The notes under the pieces were generated by a model. It had not been told where the DNA came from. It saw only the letters and a list, made by a program, of their open reading frames with translations, and did no database searches. A DNA stretch of 45,591 nucleotides from Malassezia furfur (taxonomy: Eukaryota), in the NCBI GenBank assembly GCA_052055015.1, contig JBQJIT010000038.1; one strand, written 5' to 3'. Of this stretch, positions 22,401 to 37,764 are shown piece by piece. A program made the translations under genes and the position numbers. How positions within the stretch are numbered: position 1 is the stretch's first letter; the number at the start of each line of letters is the position of its first letter.

Positions 22401-24782
22401 ATGTCTAGTGTTGTCGGTCTGGATATCGGTAACAGTAGCAGCAAGTGCGTATTGCGTTCCTTAAGGCTCCATTGCTAACTGTGCAGAATCGGCGTCGCCC
22501 GCGCGCGCGGCGTCGACATTGTCGCAAATGAAGTGAGCAACCGCAGCACGCCGTCGCTGGTGTCGTTCCTCGACAAGGCGCGTGCCATCGGTGAGGCGGC
22601 GGCCACCGCGCAGACTTCCAACTTCAAGAACACGGTTGGGTCGCTCAAGCGCCTGGTCGGTCGCAAGTTCGATGACGAGGCGATTCAGAACATTGAGAAG
22701 AAGTTCATCTACGCCGAGCTGGTCGATGCCGGCGGCGAGGTAGGTGTCAAGGTGAACTACGCCGGTGAGCAGCACGTCTTCTCGGCAACGCAGGTGCTCG
22801 CCATGTACCTGGCCAAGCTGCGCGACACGGCGCAGAACGAGCTGGGTGGCCAGACGGTGAGCGACGTCGTCTTCTCGGTGCCCATCTGGTTCAGGGACAG
22901 CCAGCGCCGTGCGATGCTGGCGGCTGCGGAGATCGCAAACCTGAACCCGCTGCGCGCGATCAACGAGCCGACTGCCACTGCGCTTGGCTATGGTATCACC
23001 AAGACGGACCTCCCTGAGCCGGAGAACCCGCGCAACGTGGTATTTGTTGATATTGGCCACTCGAACTACCAGGTGTCGGTGGTGGCCTTCAGCAAGGGTC
23101 AGCTCACCGTGCTGGGTGCATCGGCGGACCCCAACTTTGGTGGTCGCAACTTCGACCGCGCGCTGGTGGAGCACTTTGCTGAGGAGTTCAAGGGCAAGTA
23201 CAAGATCGACGTCTTCTCGAGCCCGAAGGCCGTCTTCCGTCTGGCTGCCGGGTGTGAGCGCCTGAAGAAGGTGCTGTCCGCCAACAGCCTTGCTCAGCTT
23301 AACGTCGAGAGCTTGATGAATGACATCGACGCCTCGTCGCAGCTTAAGCGCGAGGAGTTCGAGGAGCTGATCAAGCCCTACCTCGCGAACATCGAAGCGC
23401 CGCTTAACGAGGCGCTCGAGCAGTCGGGTCTGACCAAGGACGAGATCTTCTCCGTGGAGCTGGTCGGTGGTAGCACGCGTGTGCCTGCGCTCAAGGAGCG
23501 TATCGCCGCGTGGTTCGGCAAGGGCCTCTCGACGACGCTCAACGCCGACGAGGCGGTGGTTCGTGGTGACACGCTGGCTTGCGCCACGCTCTCGCCCGTG
23601 TTCCGCGTGCGTGAGTTCTCGGTGCACGATGTCTCGCCCTACCCCATCAAGGTTTCGTGGCCGCCCGCGGCGGATGTGCCCGACGAGGAGAACGAGCTGG
23701 TGGTCTTCGCGAAGAACAACCCCGTGCCCTCGACCAAGATCCTCACCTTCTACCGCAAGGAGCCCTTCACACTCGAGGCGGCCTACGCGGACCCTGCCCA
23801 CCTGCCCATCGGCACCCAGCCGGCACTCGGCCAGGTGAGCATCGACAAGGTGGCGCCCAACGCCCAGGGCGACCATTCGATTGTCAAGGTGAAGGCGCGT
23901 TTCAACCTGCACGGTGTGCTCAACGTGGAGAGCGCCTACACGGTCGACGAGGTCGAGAAGGAGGAGGAGGTGCCCGTCGAGGGTGCGCAGCAGGTCGAGG
24001 GTGAGCCCGTCAAGACCGAGAAGCGCGTGGTGAAGAAGCTGCAGCGCAAGGACGACCTGCCCGTCGTCTCGCACATCAGCCACCTGACCGTGGAGCAGAT
24101 TGCGCAGCTCAAGGAGAAGGAGGGCCAGATGCACGCCGCCGACAAGCTCGTGGCGGACACCGAGGACCGCCGCAATGCGCTGGAGGAGTACATCTACGAC
24201 CAACGCTCGCGCCTGAGCGAGCGCTACGCCGCCTTTGTCCAAGCAGACGAGAAGGAGAAGTACCTTGCCGAGCTGAGCCAGGCCGAGGACTGGCTCTACA
24301 CGGAGGAGGGCGAGGATGCGACCAAGTCGGCGTACACCTCGCGTCTCGAGGCGCTCGAGAAGATGGGTGCGCCCATCCACAACCGTTGGAAGCAGAACGA
24401 GGAGCGCCCCAAGGCCGCCTCGCAGCTGCGTGAGGTGCTCAACAAGTACTCCACCGTGTTCGAGCAGGAGCCCGAGAAGTACGACCACCTCTCGGACGAC
24501 GACAAGACCAAGGTGATCGAGAAGGTCGCCAACGTGTCGAAGTGGCTCGACGACTGGATGTACAAGCAGAGCGAGCTGCCCAAGAACGCGGACCCCAAGC
24601 TCACTGTGGAGGACATCATGAAGAACAAGGACGACGTGATCTATGTCGTGACCCCGATCCTTGCCAAGCCCAAGCCTCGCGCCGCGCCTGAGCCCCCCAA
24701 GGCGGACACCAACGCGAACGCGGACGGCCAGGCGAACCAGGAGCAGGCGGACAAGCAGCAGGGTGACATGGACGTGGACTAA
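22401..24782 (+). CDS. SSE1: Hsp110-family chaperone (Sse1/Hsp88); join(22401..22444,22487..24782)
   Basis: MSSVVGLDIGN, NEVSNRSTPSLV, NFGGRNFD, LNADEAVVRG, EDWLY motifs; C-terminal MDVD; 42-nt intron. Confidence 0.95.
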
Positions 24783-24910
24783 ATAGCCACTGTCCCAGGA
24801 TTCCTATACCAAAACAAACAGTCAGTGCTTGTAGGTAAACGTGATCGTGTCATATACAAGTAATTGGATACTGGAGCATCTAATTGTCTGTCTATCTATC
24901 TACACACGTC

Positions 24911-25981
24911 TCATGCTAGTCCAAGGAGCAGCGCAAGCACGGCGCTCGCAGCCCAGTACGCCGCCAGCGGTTGCGTCACATACCCTGCATCGTGGTGCTC
25001 TGTGTCCGAGTCGGTATTCGACGTGGAAATATTGGCACCACTAAACTTCACGTTGTTCATTTGCGCCGCCGCCTCAAACACCGAACCATTGCCCTGGGCG
25101 AAGAAGTCGACCAGAACAAATGTAGGGTACGACCCATGCTCCTGCGCACAGTTGTTCATGTCCTGCAGGACCGAGTCGGCACTGTTGGTCGTATTCAGCT
25201 GGTCAACGTTCGGCGTCGAGAAGGTCTGACCAAACAACTGCTTTTCCTCATCAAGGAAATGGTTGGTGAGGTACATCATACTGCTGGCGCTCCCGTCGAT
25301 CCGATCAGGTGTGCAGTTGAAAGGTGTTTTGATCTGGTCGTATGGGTTTTCCCACACATTTTTGAACTCAGGCAGGATGTACTTGACGTTGCTGACGTCG
25401 GTCTCGTAGTCCATGAACACCACCACGCGCTGGTTCTTGCTGATCATTTCCTGCAGCGTCGGCCAGTTCTTCTTGGCCAATTTCTGACCGCCAGGGGCAT
25501 AGGTGTACGACTTGAGGCCCGACGAGGTAAAGCCTTTGTCCCACTGTGTGGCTGGCAGGTTGTCGTTGTTGGCAATGAAAATGCTGATCACGTCGTTCGG
25601 GTTTGCCTTGACCCAGTCGGTGACATTTGACAGGTAATTTTCGAGCGTGCCACCATTTAGAATAGTGCAGCTCGTGTGACAAAGCGAGATACCCGACCCA
25701 TCATTAGAAGATTTGTGGCCCTGGATCTGTAGCGCACGGATACCACTGTCAAGTTGGTCCTTCACAGTAAGCTCCTGATTCGCGCCGAAACGGGTCGTAG
25801 GTCCAACGGCGTAAGAGTCATGTGCACCAATAAAGGTGACATTTGAGAACTGCCGGCTGCACAGATCCGAGGATCCGTTGCACTTACTTGCCCGTTTGAC
25901 CATCATCGGGCCGGCATAGACAGCAGGCATCCACACCATCCATGCCGCCGCAAGGGCCAACCAACTTGCCGCCCGCATCAT
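24911..25981 (-). CDS. Secreted, probably GPI-anchored PLC-like phosphodiesterase (PI-PLC X-domain fold)
   Basis: Signal peptide; CNGSSDLCSR, FIGAHDSY, ANQ..V..QL..GIRAL, LCHTSC, WPTLQEMI, NHFL, PTFVLVDF; Ser/Thr-rich spacer and hydrophobic C-terminus. Confidence 0.8.
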   Translation of the reverse strand: MMRAASWLALAAAWMVWMPAVYAGPMMVKRASKCNGSSDLCSRQFSNVTFIGAHDSYAVGPTTRFGANQELTVKDQLDSGIRALQIQGHKSSNDGSGISLCHTSCTILNGGTLENYLSNVTDWVKANPNDVISIFIANNDNLPATQWDKGFTSSGLKSYTYAPGGQKLAKKNWPTLQEMISKNQRVVVFMDYETDVSNVKYILPEFKNVWENPYDQIKTPFNCTPDRIDGSASSMMYLTNHFLDEEKQLFGQTFSTPNVDQLNTTNSADSVLQDMNNCAQEHGSYPTFVLVDFFAQGNGSVFEAAAQMNNVKFSGANISTSNTDSDTEHHDAGYVTQPLAAYWAASAVLALLLGLA

Positions 25982-26138
25982 GGGAGAAGAAAAGTTGGCC
26001 GAACTTCACAGCCTCGTCGGTCGCCCATGCGCGCGTCAAATCTTGGCTTACTGACATGTGCTTTGTTTTTATTGGCTCGATTTCCGCCCAGGCACTGCAT
26101 ACTAGACATTCGCCAACGACCCACGTGGCCGTGGCAAT

Positions 26139-29100
26139 CTACGAGGAGCACCGTGCGGTGGCTGCTGCAATGTCATCGACGAACGTCGCAATCCGGTCCT
26201 TGGCCCCAGCTTCGTCAGGGACCGCGTCATGCTCTTGTAGGGTATCCGCATGCACAGGCTCCGCCAAGTCCGTATAAATTCGTAGCTGCTTCTCTTCCAT
26301 CATTGTCGCCAGTGCATAAAGTTCCCGTGCGTCTAGCACCGCATCCAAGCGGGGCGAAAATGCTTTTAGGTAAAGCGCTGGGTAAGTCGAATCCAACGTA
26401 CATTTGTCAAAAGGACAGTGCCGAATGGCCTGGTAAATCAATGCCTTGGCGCGCTGCAACGTCTGATTCGATTCGCGTCGACGCTGCCCGGCTGGATTGG
26501 CAAGGAGATGCATTTCGAATCCGATGGCTAAATGCCACAAAATGGACGAAGCACGCATGACATAGAGTGCTCTGTCAAACAAGCGGCGAATACGATCTGC
26601 ATCGACGTGTCTTTGCATCCGGAGCTCGACCACGATCGCAAGTATCCATGTTTGCTCGGTATTGTACCATCCATCGACAATTTCTTCAGCAGGTTGCAGC
26701 AGAAGGTTCGTCCAAGCACCCATCGTCCCTTTTTGTAAGACGGTCGTTTGCAAAAAGTTCCGCACATGGTTCTCAACGTGCGCATGCTGTTCTTGGAGCG
26801 TCAGCACTTGCAGATGACACGAGTTCTGCGCATTCTCTTGAGCCAGTCGGGTTGTGATCGCGCGCACTTCCCGTGGCCGAAAGGCGGCGTTGGGGCATAC
26901 GTGGCGCAGGGTATACAAGAAACGCTGAAAGGCTGCCGCAGTTTGCTGTTGCGCGCTGCCCTGGGCCGCCGCAAGTACATTGGTGAAAATGGACGCAGGT
27001 ACTGTCAACTCGTCACCGGCTGGAACGTCTTGGAGCAAAAATTCTGCAAGCGCGGTACAAAAGGCGAGCGATGCGAGCTTACGAGCGTATGACTCCGTAT
27101 CGTTGCAAGCGCGTTCGACCTGTTTGCGCAACGTCTGCAGCGTATGCAGTTTCTCGGTGCCTCGCAGCGCCTCTTTCTGGGCCGGAAAGACACGTGCATG
27201 TAAGCTGCTGGGCTCGCCCACAAACGCCAATTGAGCAGCAGCAGCCACTGAGAGCACACGCAGGGTTGTCGTGACATCACCCATGGCCCACTCCATCTCA
27301 GACCAAAGCGCCCATAACAAATGTGCCTCGTACGCATGGCTGTGCGAGGTCGTACATCCGACAGAGCCCAGGACCTGGACGACAACTTTCCGTGCGGCCT
27401 CGACATTGCCCCATGTGCTCAACTCAAGTTGGGCGTACGCATACCATAGCATAATAAGTTGATCGTTGCGTTGCAGCGCGGCACGTAGTACTTTCCGCGC
27501 ACTCTTAGGATTACCTGCAGCAGCACACACCATGGCATGTGGCAATGCAATCATACTCGCGAGGTCCTTGTAACCTGCTGCGCTCAGGCGCTGTTCAACA
27601 TGTACCAGAATACGTTCTGCAATTTGTGCCGTTTTCATTGTAAGCCTAGGCAGTACACAAAACCACCGCCCACGCGGATCCTGCGAGGTGCGTGGAAAAA
27701 AGGTATCGGGGGTAAGTGGCACATTTTGCACGGATAATGGGTGTGCATTGTCGGATTGCAGCCACGGTTCCTGCGACCACATCTCCGACGGCACAGTAAA
27801 GTGCTCCATGTCCGGCCATACGGTTGGCCGCTGTCTGAATTCGTTGTCCACTGGGAGAAAGGTCTGACCGAACAGCAGCGATGCGGAGAACCAATGAGAA
27901 GGCATACCCACGTATGCGAACAGTGCATCGGCGACCCGGATCGTCGAAGCCAGTACGTTCGAGCTAGGTTCGACCATGAACATGCGGAGATCATCAAAGA
28001 GCACGTAGGAGAACGGGTCGACCGACATGCCAGGGAGGTCGTCCTCGAACCGCCAAGGCGAGGCATGCTCGGCCGCATTTAGCTCAGTCCGTTGCCATGC
28101 CACCATTTCCTGGTTGCCGAGGGTTTCGCCACCGTCAGGCTGCTCTTGGGGAAGTGTGCTGGCATTCTGCAAGTATAGGGACAGCTGCCGTACCACGTTT
28201 TGATCATGGTTGAGATGAAACCCGTCGTAGGGAAGTGTGTCCCCCACTCGCGCATGCTCTGCATCCCACCAGGCCCCAAAGATCTCTGTGATGTGCTCAA
28301 ACTTGAGGTGGGGATGGCGCCCGTTCTCTAACACCCCCAAGTGAAGTTCTAAGAGTCCTTGTAGGATCCCATAGGCTCGTTCTTGGTACCCTGCGCTGCG
28401 CAAAGTTGAGCAGAGCTCGCTTACAATGTGCAGCTGGAACGCATGCACGATGTCCAAATCGGCTGCAAACATGGTTTGTTGTGGTGCTGCGAGAGCCTCT
28501 TCAAATATGCCGAGCATGTCGTCAAGGGCAAATGACGCCCAGTCGCTTTTGCGAAAGTGGACATACAGCCACCACAAGCGACAGTATTCGCGAAGCGAAG
28601 CATCCCTGCGACCCACATACTCTTCGAGCACATTTCGCCAGGCGCGATTCAGTTTTTCGCTCGTCCAAAGGCCGACATTAGCCGCTAGAAGGAGTCGTCC
28701 CAGCACCAATGGCATTGCCCCCTTGTTGTGCTCTGATGCCTCTTCCGCACGGTCCAAGACCGCCATCTGCATACGCGCCACACTCGACTCTTCTGCACGC
28801 GAGAGTGGTGTAGTCGGGTCGGCGTGCACCATAAGTGCTTGGAGTTCGGCGAGGTCGAACCATGCCCGAATGTCACTAGGGTTTTGCTGAGTGCGTTCGT
28901 GGAGCTTGCGGCTTAATGCTTGGACAGAATCTTGTGCAAAAACAGGTGCGTCTGTGAGCTTTCCCCTAGATTTGGGCGTCTTTGTCGTACGGTACGGGTC
29001 GCGATAAGCCTGGAGCGTGGATGCTTCTTTGGGGCGTTCCAACTCGACATAGGCAGCCTCGTCGTGCGACGGCGAGCCAGGCACAGGTGGAGGAGCTTGA

Positions 29101-29546
29101 ATCAAGTTCTTTGAAGGTGCTGCTTGTTGAGGATGGGCAGACGGCGCTGCCTGCCCAAGAGCCATACGGTGATTCGTCCGCTCGTACTTGGGTGTGGTAT
29201 ATTTGCTGGGTCCCAGCCTGGCTGTGTCTGCATCGCCAAATCGATCGATCACAAAAAGAGGGTCTTCTTGCATGAGTGACGTTTGCTTGGTAGACTCATG
29301 CGAGGCGACATGCTCAGTGCGCGCGCGGTGCCTGTGCCGTGTCGACGAGGTGTCGGTGTGTTCATGATGGCGGTGTTCCGTCCGTTCTCGATGTTTATGC
29401 TCGCGCCGCGTATCCGTAACTTTTGAATGGTCTTGAAACGCTTGCCTCGCCTGTGAGTGTGTGCCCTCGGGCGGCGACTGAACTGCAGACGGCGTGCGCG
29501 CCGCCGGCTGAAAGGACGCGAACCGCGGCGCGCCCCCCGGAGCCAT
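26139..29546 (-). CDS. NRDE2: NRDE-2/Nrl1 HAT-repeat splicing- and RNA-surveillance-associated protein; probable 24-nt in-frame intron 26378-26401
   Basis: N-terminal PRFASF; FVIDRFGD; NPSDIRAW; GYQERA; WWDAEHARVG; DPFSYVLFDDL; LWYAYAQLE; C-terminal YQAIRHCPFDK-S-LYL...MMEEKQLRI. Confidence 0.8.
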   Translation of the reverse strand: MAPGGAPRFASFQPAARTPSAVQSPPEGTHSQARQAFQDHSKVTDTRREHKHRERTEHRHHEHTDTSSTRHRHRARTEHVASHESTKQTSLMQEDPLFVIDRFGDADTARLGPSKYTTPKYERTNHRMALGQAAPSAHPQQAAPSKNLIQAPPPVPGSPSHDEAAYVELERPKEASTLQAYRDPYRTTKTPKSRGKLTDAPVFAQDSVQALSRKLHERTQQNPSDIRAWFDLAELQALMVHADPTTPLSRAEESSVARMQMAVLDRAEEASEHNKGAMPLVLGRLLLAANVGLWTSEKLNRAWRNVLEEYVGRRDASLREYCRLWWLYVHFRKSDWASFALDDMLGIFEEALAAPQQTMFAADLDIVHAFQLHIVSELCSTLRSAGYQERAYGILQGLLELHLGVLENGRHPHLKFEHITEIFGAWWDAEHARVGDTLPYDGFHLNHDQNVVRQLSLYLQNASTLPQEQPDGGETLGNQEMVAWQRTELNAAEHASPWRFEDDLPGMSVDPFSYVLFDDLRMFMVEPSSNVLASTIRVADALFAYVGMPSHWFSASLLFGQTFLPVDNEFRQRPTVWPDMEHFTVPSEMWSQEPWLQSDNAHPLSVQNVPLTPDTFFPRTSQDPRGRWFCVLPRLTMKTAQIAERILVHVEQRLSAAGYKDLASMIALPHAMVCAAAGNPKSARKVLRAALQRNDQLIMLWYAYAQLELSTWGNVEAARKVVVQVLGSVGCTTSHSHAYEAHLLWALWSEMEWAMGDVTTTLRVLSVAAAAQLAFVGEPSSLHARVFPAQKEALRGTEKLHTLQTLRKQVERACNDTESYARKLASLAFCTALAEFLLQDVPAGDELTVPASIFTNVLAAAQGSAQQQTAAAFQRFLYTLRHVCPNAAFRPREVRAITTRLAQENAQNSCHLQVLTLQEQHAHVENHVRNFLQTTVLQKGTMGAWTNLLLQPAEEIVDGWYNTEQTWILAIVVELRMQRHVDADRIRRLFDRALYVMRASSILWHLAIGFEMHLLANPAGQRRRESNQTLQRAKALIYQAIRHCPFDKCTLDSTYPALYLKAFSPRLDAVLDARELYALATMMEEKQLRIYTDLAEPVHADTLQEHDAVPDEAGAKDRIATFVDDIAAATARCSS

Positions 29547-29739
29547 CGTGGGGGTGGAGGTCCTTACGTCATCTGGGGCGTGCACGGTGATCGGCATAAT
29601 TCCCATTATCGCCACGCGTGCGTGCGCGTTGAACCGTCCGGTGGTCCGCGCTTACGACGCTTCGTGAGTTGCCACCGCATCGCGGAGGTAGACCAGAGCC
29701 GTTCAGCGAATTGCACGTTATCCGTGGACTAATTCTATC

Positions 29740-34272
<4,533 letters not shown>

Positions 34273-34348
34273 GGCGTCGGGGTCCGGGGTCGTGTGGAGG
34301 TGCGGCGACGCTCGTGCCTGGCGCCTCGAGGGATGGACCGTGGTGCCG

Positions 34349-36371
34349 ATGGCTCGTTGGCCGACGTACCACCTGCACATCTGTGAATTTGTTGGAGACC
34401 AAGGCACTCCGAGGTTTCCTCACAAGCTCTTCGCAAGCCCACAGACGACACTCGCAACCCCCGGGGCACCGCCGTCCGAGCACCCCGCCGATCTCGACCA
34501 ACGACTCGGGCCGATCGAGGTCCACTTTGTGCGTGTGCGCCGGCGTGCACCCCGGCATCCTATGGAGAATTTAGGTAACGAGACGTACGGTCGATTTCAG
34601 GAGGTAGACACCTTCGAGGTCGAGCCAGCACGCGATGAATGGAGCGACTCCGAGGTGCAGCATGATGTGCGTGTCGCGTTTGGTATCGTGCATCTCTTTC
34701 GCCTGCTAGAAGACGACTTTGACGACGATTCAGTGAGTGGAAAGACCGCCGAACCACCTGAAGAAACCGACGAGGACCCTATCGGGACAATCCTGGGCAT
34801 GGTATCTGTCCCCTCGTCGATTACTGTGTCCTCTCTGCTGGATTTCGTCGAACCTGCGCTGGAAGCAATCCAGCACATGCGCATCGTTCGGTACGTGGTT
34901 CTCTGACACAGACATGTCGATCTCGAGAACAACCTCGTTCTCCTCAAGTTCCGCGACACAGTCGATGCAGAGGAGTTCTACAAGATGTACAACGGCCGGC
35001 CATTTCAAGCGCTCGACGTACGTCTTTCTACTCACCCAGCCCTTGGCGACATGCAAGCTGGTCTACGTCACGGGAGTTACGGCGGCACCGAGCCCTTCGC
35101 TGCCCCACTCCCAACCGCTATTGAGCCACTCGGAGCCTTGGCCAGTAATTACGCCCGCCGACGCCGAGAAGGATGCGTCCCTGCGTGCACTGCTCCCATA
35201 CCAAGTCTCGTCTCCGCTCCGCACTGCTGCATACGAAATTCCGACGTGTCCCGTGTGTCTTGACCGGCTTGATGCCACCGTGTCAGGCCTGATCACCGGT
35301 ATCTGCCAACACACCTTCCATTGCAACTGTTTGCAGCGTTGGACCGACAGCCGCTGCCCAGTGTGCCGGTACACGCAGATTCCGGCAATTGAAGAGAACC
35401 ATGCTTCTTCATCAAATGAGGCTGCTTCACGCGCAACCCACTGTGAGCAGTGCGGCAGCGCGACAGATTTGTGGGTGTGCCTGATTTGTGCGCATGTGGG
35501 ATGTGGCCGGTACAAGCAAGGCCATGCCCGAGAGCATTTTGCCGAGACAGGTCACCTGTACAGCCTCGAGCTTGAGACACAGCGTGTGTGGGACTATGCC
35601 GGGGACGGCTACGTTCATCGCTTGATTCAGAGCAAATCGGATGGCAAACTGGTCGAGCTGCCGAGCGCCAGCAGCGTTGCCGCCGCCACGCCGGAGCAGG
35701 TATGGAACGCGCGCTACCCTGGGGCCGTGCAGGCACGATCTGCTCTGCCTAATACGTCCGCAAGTGCGGATGCCTCGTTACCGTCTCATCCAACCGACAT
35801 GCATCTGCTTGAGGAAAAGATGCACGCGCTCGGGTTGGAGTATTCCAGCATGATCATGTCACAGTTGGACTCCCAGCGTATCTACTACGAGGGCTTGCTT
35901 GCCGTGGCGCGCTCCGAACGGATGCCACGCGAGGAGGCCGAGCAGGTCCGCAGCGAGTACGCGGAGCTTCAGGCCAAGTATCAACAGGGCGAAGCTCGGT
36001 GCGTTGAGCTGCAGAACGAACTGGCGAAAGCGCACGCACAGACCGCGCGCTTCGAGACCCAACTGCGCCGTGCGCTCGAATCTGCGCGCGCGCTCAAGAA
36101 GGAACGCGATGAGGAGAAGAGCGTCTCAGATGGACTCTACAAGCACATCCAACAATTGCAAGAGGAACAAAAGGCGCTGCAAACCCGTGTGGCCGACCTG
36201 AGTGAGGAGCTTCGCGACGTCATGTTCTACGTGTCTGCTCGAGACAAGGTACAAGAGATGGACCAGGTTCTTCCCGCCGAAGAGTCACTGCACGGTGGTG
36301 CAGCGTATGTGCCGGACCCGCCGACCAAGCCCAGCAACGTGTCTCGCAAGGCCAAGGGACGTCGTCCATAG
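34349..36371 (+). CDS. ETP1: BRAP2/Etp1 RING + ZnF-UBP E3 ubiquitin ligase; join(34349..34890,34912..35017,35040..36371)
   Basis: BRAP2 domain (LVLLKFR..DA.EFY..YNGRPF), RING EIPTCPVCLDRLD...CQHTFHC.CL..W...RCPVCRY, UBP finger LWVCLIC..VGCGRY..GHA..H...TQRVWDYAGDGYVHRL, coiled coil ending LRDVMFY. Confidence 0.92.
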
Positions 36372-36688
36372 TTACGCACCCTTGCGTGCCTCCTTCTCCT
36401 TCTTCGCGATTTCTTGCTTCCGGATAACACTGGCGATAAACAGACCGATGCACCCGAGGCCTGCCACGAGCAGCAGCGCCGGCAAACGCACGGCCCAGAC
36501 GCGCGCGGGGAAATAGGACTGGATGGATGCATCCGCGGGGAAGAAGGGCTGCGTCAGCGCTTAGAGACATACCAGCACCAGCGCCCAAAGTGTATAATAC
36601 ACAAAGACAAATGTGGCAACAGCCAGGAAAGTGCCACCAATGAGCCGGTCGGACAATGCCTGCGTCAGTCGCGCCCAGCACCTACCAT
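36372..36688 (-). CDS. DPM2: Dolichol-phosphate mannosyltransferase regulatory subunit 2; complement(join(36372..36548,36573..36659,36686..36688))
   Basis: M-ALSDRLIGGTFLAVATFVFVYYTLWALVL-PFF...YFPARVWAVRLPALLL...IGLFIASV plus a basic tail; two TM segments; introns of 26 and 24 nt. Confidence 0.88.
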
Positions 36689-36758
36689 GCTGATGGAAGC
36701 GGTCGCCAGAATCGGCCGAAACTCCCTCCCTCCACACGATCTGGGGTCTTGCGCACGG

Positions 36759-37595
36759 ATGAGCAGTGCGCTGCATGCGCGTATTGGGCGCGCCTACGAC
36801 CGCGCCTGTAGCGCACCAGAGAGCAATGAACCAGAACCTGCCGAGGCTGGCGGCTTTTTTCCCGAAGCGGGTGGATTTATTCCAGAAGAGGCGGTCGTAC
36901 CTACGCATGCTCCGGTCCTTTTACTGCACCAGCTGTCGAATGCCCTTGCGCCGTTCCATCTGGATGCCGTGACGCGTGATGAGGTCGAATCACTGCTGAG
37001 GCAGTCTGCAGAATCATCAGAGGATGGGACCACGATCCGCCGCGACGATTTCATTGAGGTGCTCGAAATTGTGCTGGGGGAGCAAGAGGAGCGAGACTCG
37101 GAGGCCAGCGATGCATACGATCCGGCCGCGGATGACGACGACGACTCTGTCTATGAAACAGACGAAGCCAATACGAGGCAAGCACAAAACCGGATGCCAA
37201 AGCGCAAAGATCTCCACGAAAAAGCGCGGTTTTTGTACCGCCTGTTGCTGGAACGCATCCCTCTCGTGCCGTCGTCGGCGCTTGCGACCTACGATAAGAA
37301 CAGGAATGCTCCAACAGAAGTCGACGACCGGCAGCTTGAGACACGCCGAATTGGCCTGGAAGAGCTGCGATACGCTGCACAGTCGCTGGGTGAGCGCACT
37401 ACGACTCACGAGGTACGTGTCATGCTTACCTGCAGCTTGCAGAAATGCTCGAGGAAGCGAGCACATACTTCCGGTCCGATCCTGGGAAAGAACGACCCAA
37501 GGACGCGCGCATTGGGCTACAGGAGTGCGTTACACGGGCTCATTTACAGGTTCACCTACATGACTTACAAGACCGGCATGCTCGACACAATCTGA
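36759..37595 (+). CDS. Hypothetical EF-hand-like protein (possibly Rad33-related); join(36759..37412,37436..37524,37550..37595)
   Basis: GGFF/GGFI repeats, IRRDDFIEV, acidic linker and centrin-like IGLEELRYAAQSLGE...E-LAEMLEEA...IGLQEF after removing 23- and 25-nt introns. Confidence 0.6.
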   Translation: MSSALHARIGRAYDRACSAPESNEPEPAEAGGFFPEAGGFIPEEAVVPTHAPVLLLHQLSNALAPFHLDAVTRDEVESLLRQSAESSEDGTTIRRDDFIEVLEIVLGEQEERDSEASDAYDPAADDDDDSVYETDEANTRQAQNRMPKRKDLHEKARFLYRLLLERIPLVPSSALATYDKNRNAPTEVDDRQLETRRIGLEELRYAAQSLGERTTTHEVRVMLTCSLQKCSRKRAHTSGPILGKNDPRTRALGYRSALHGLIYRFTYMTYKTGMLDTI

Positions 37596-37764
37596 CCATG
37601 GCGTAGGATATAAGCATAGCGGGGTTTAATTGCAAATTCACGCGGGGCGCAGCTGCGCGCCTTGGCGCATGCGCCGCCTGGAGCTTGTCGCTCTCCACCT
37701 CTCGTACGGATTACCGGCTGACCCGGACGCTTGTGCAGCTGATCGCTCCACCGTCGGGTCCAGG

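Noticed and set aside
22461..24488. 675-aa antisense ORF over SSE1 (likewise 21370..21963 over RPL7, 5223..6242 over CDS1, 44471..45373 and others)
   Set aside because: Codon-registered shadow ORFs from strong C/G third-position bias in highly expressed genes; no recognisable domains.
36845..36890. Short direct repeat (GAGGCTGGCGGCTTTTTTCCC / GAAGCGGGTGGATTTATTCCA)
   Set aside because: Protein-level EAGGF(F/I)P repeat with synonymous divergence, not a DNA element or CRISPR.
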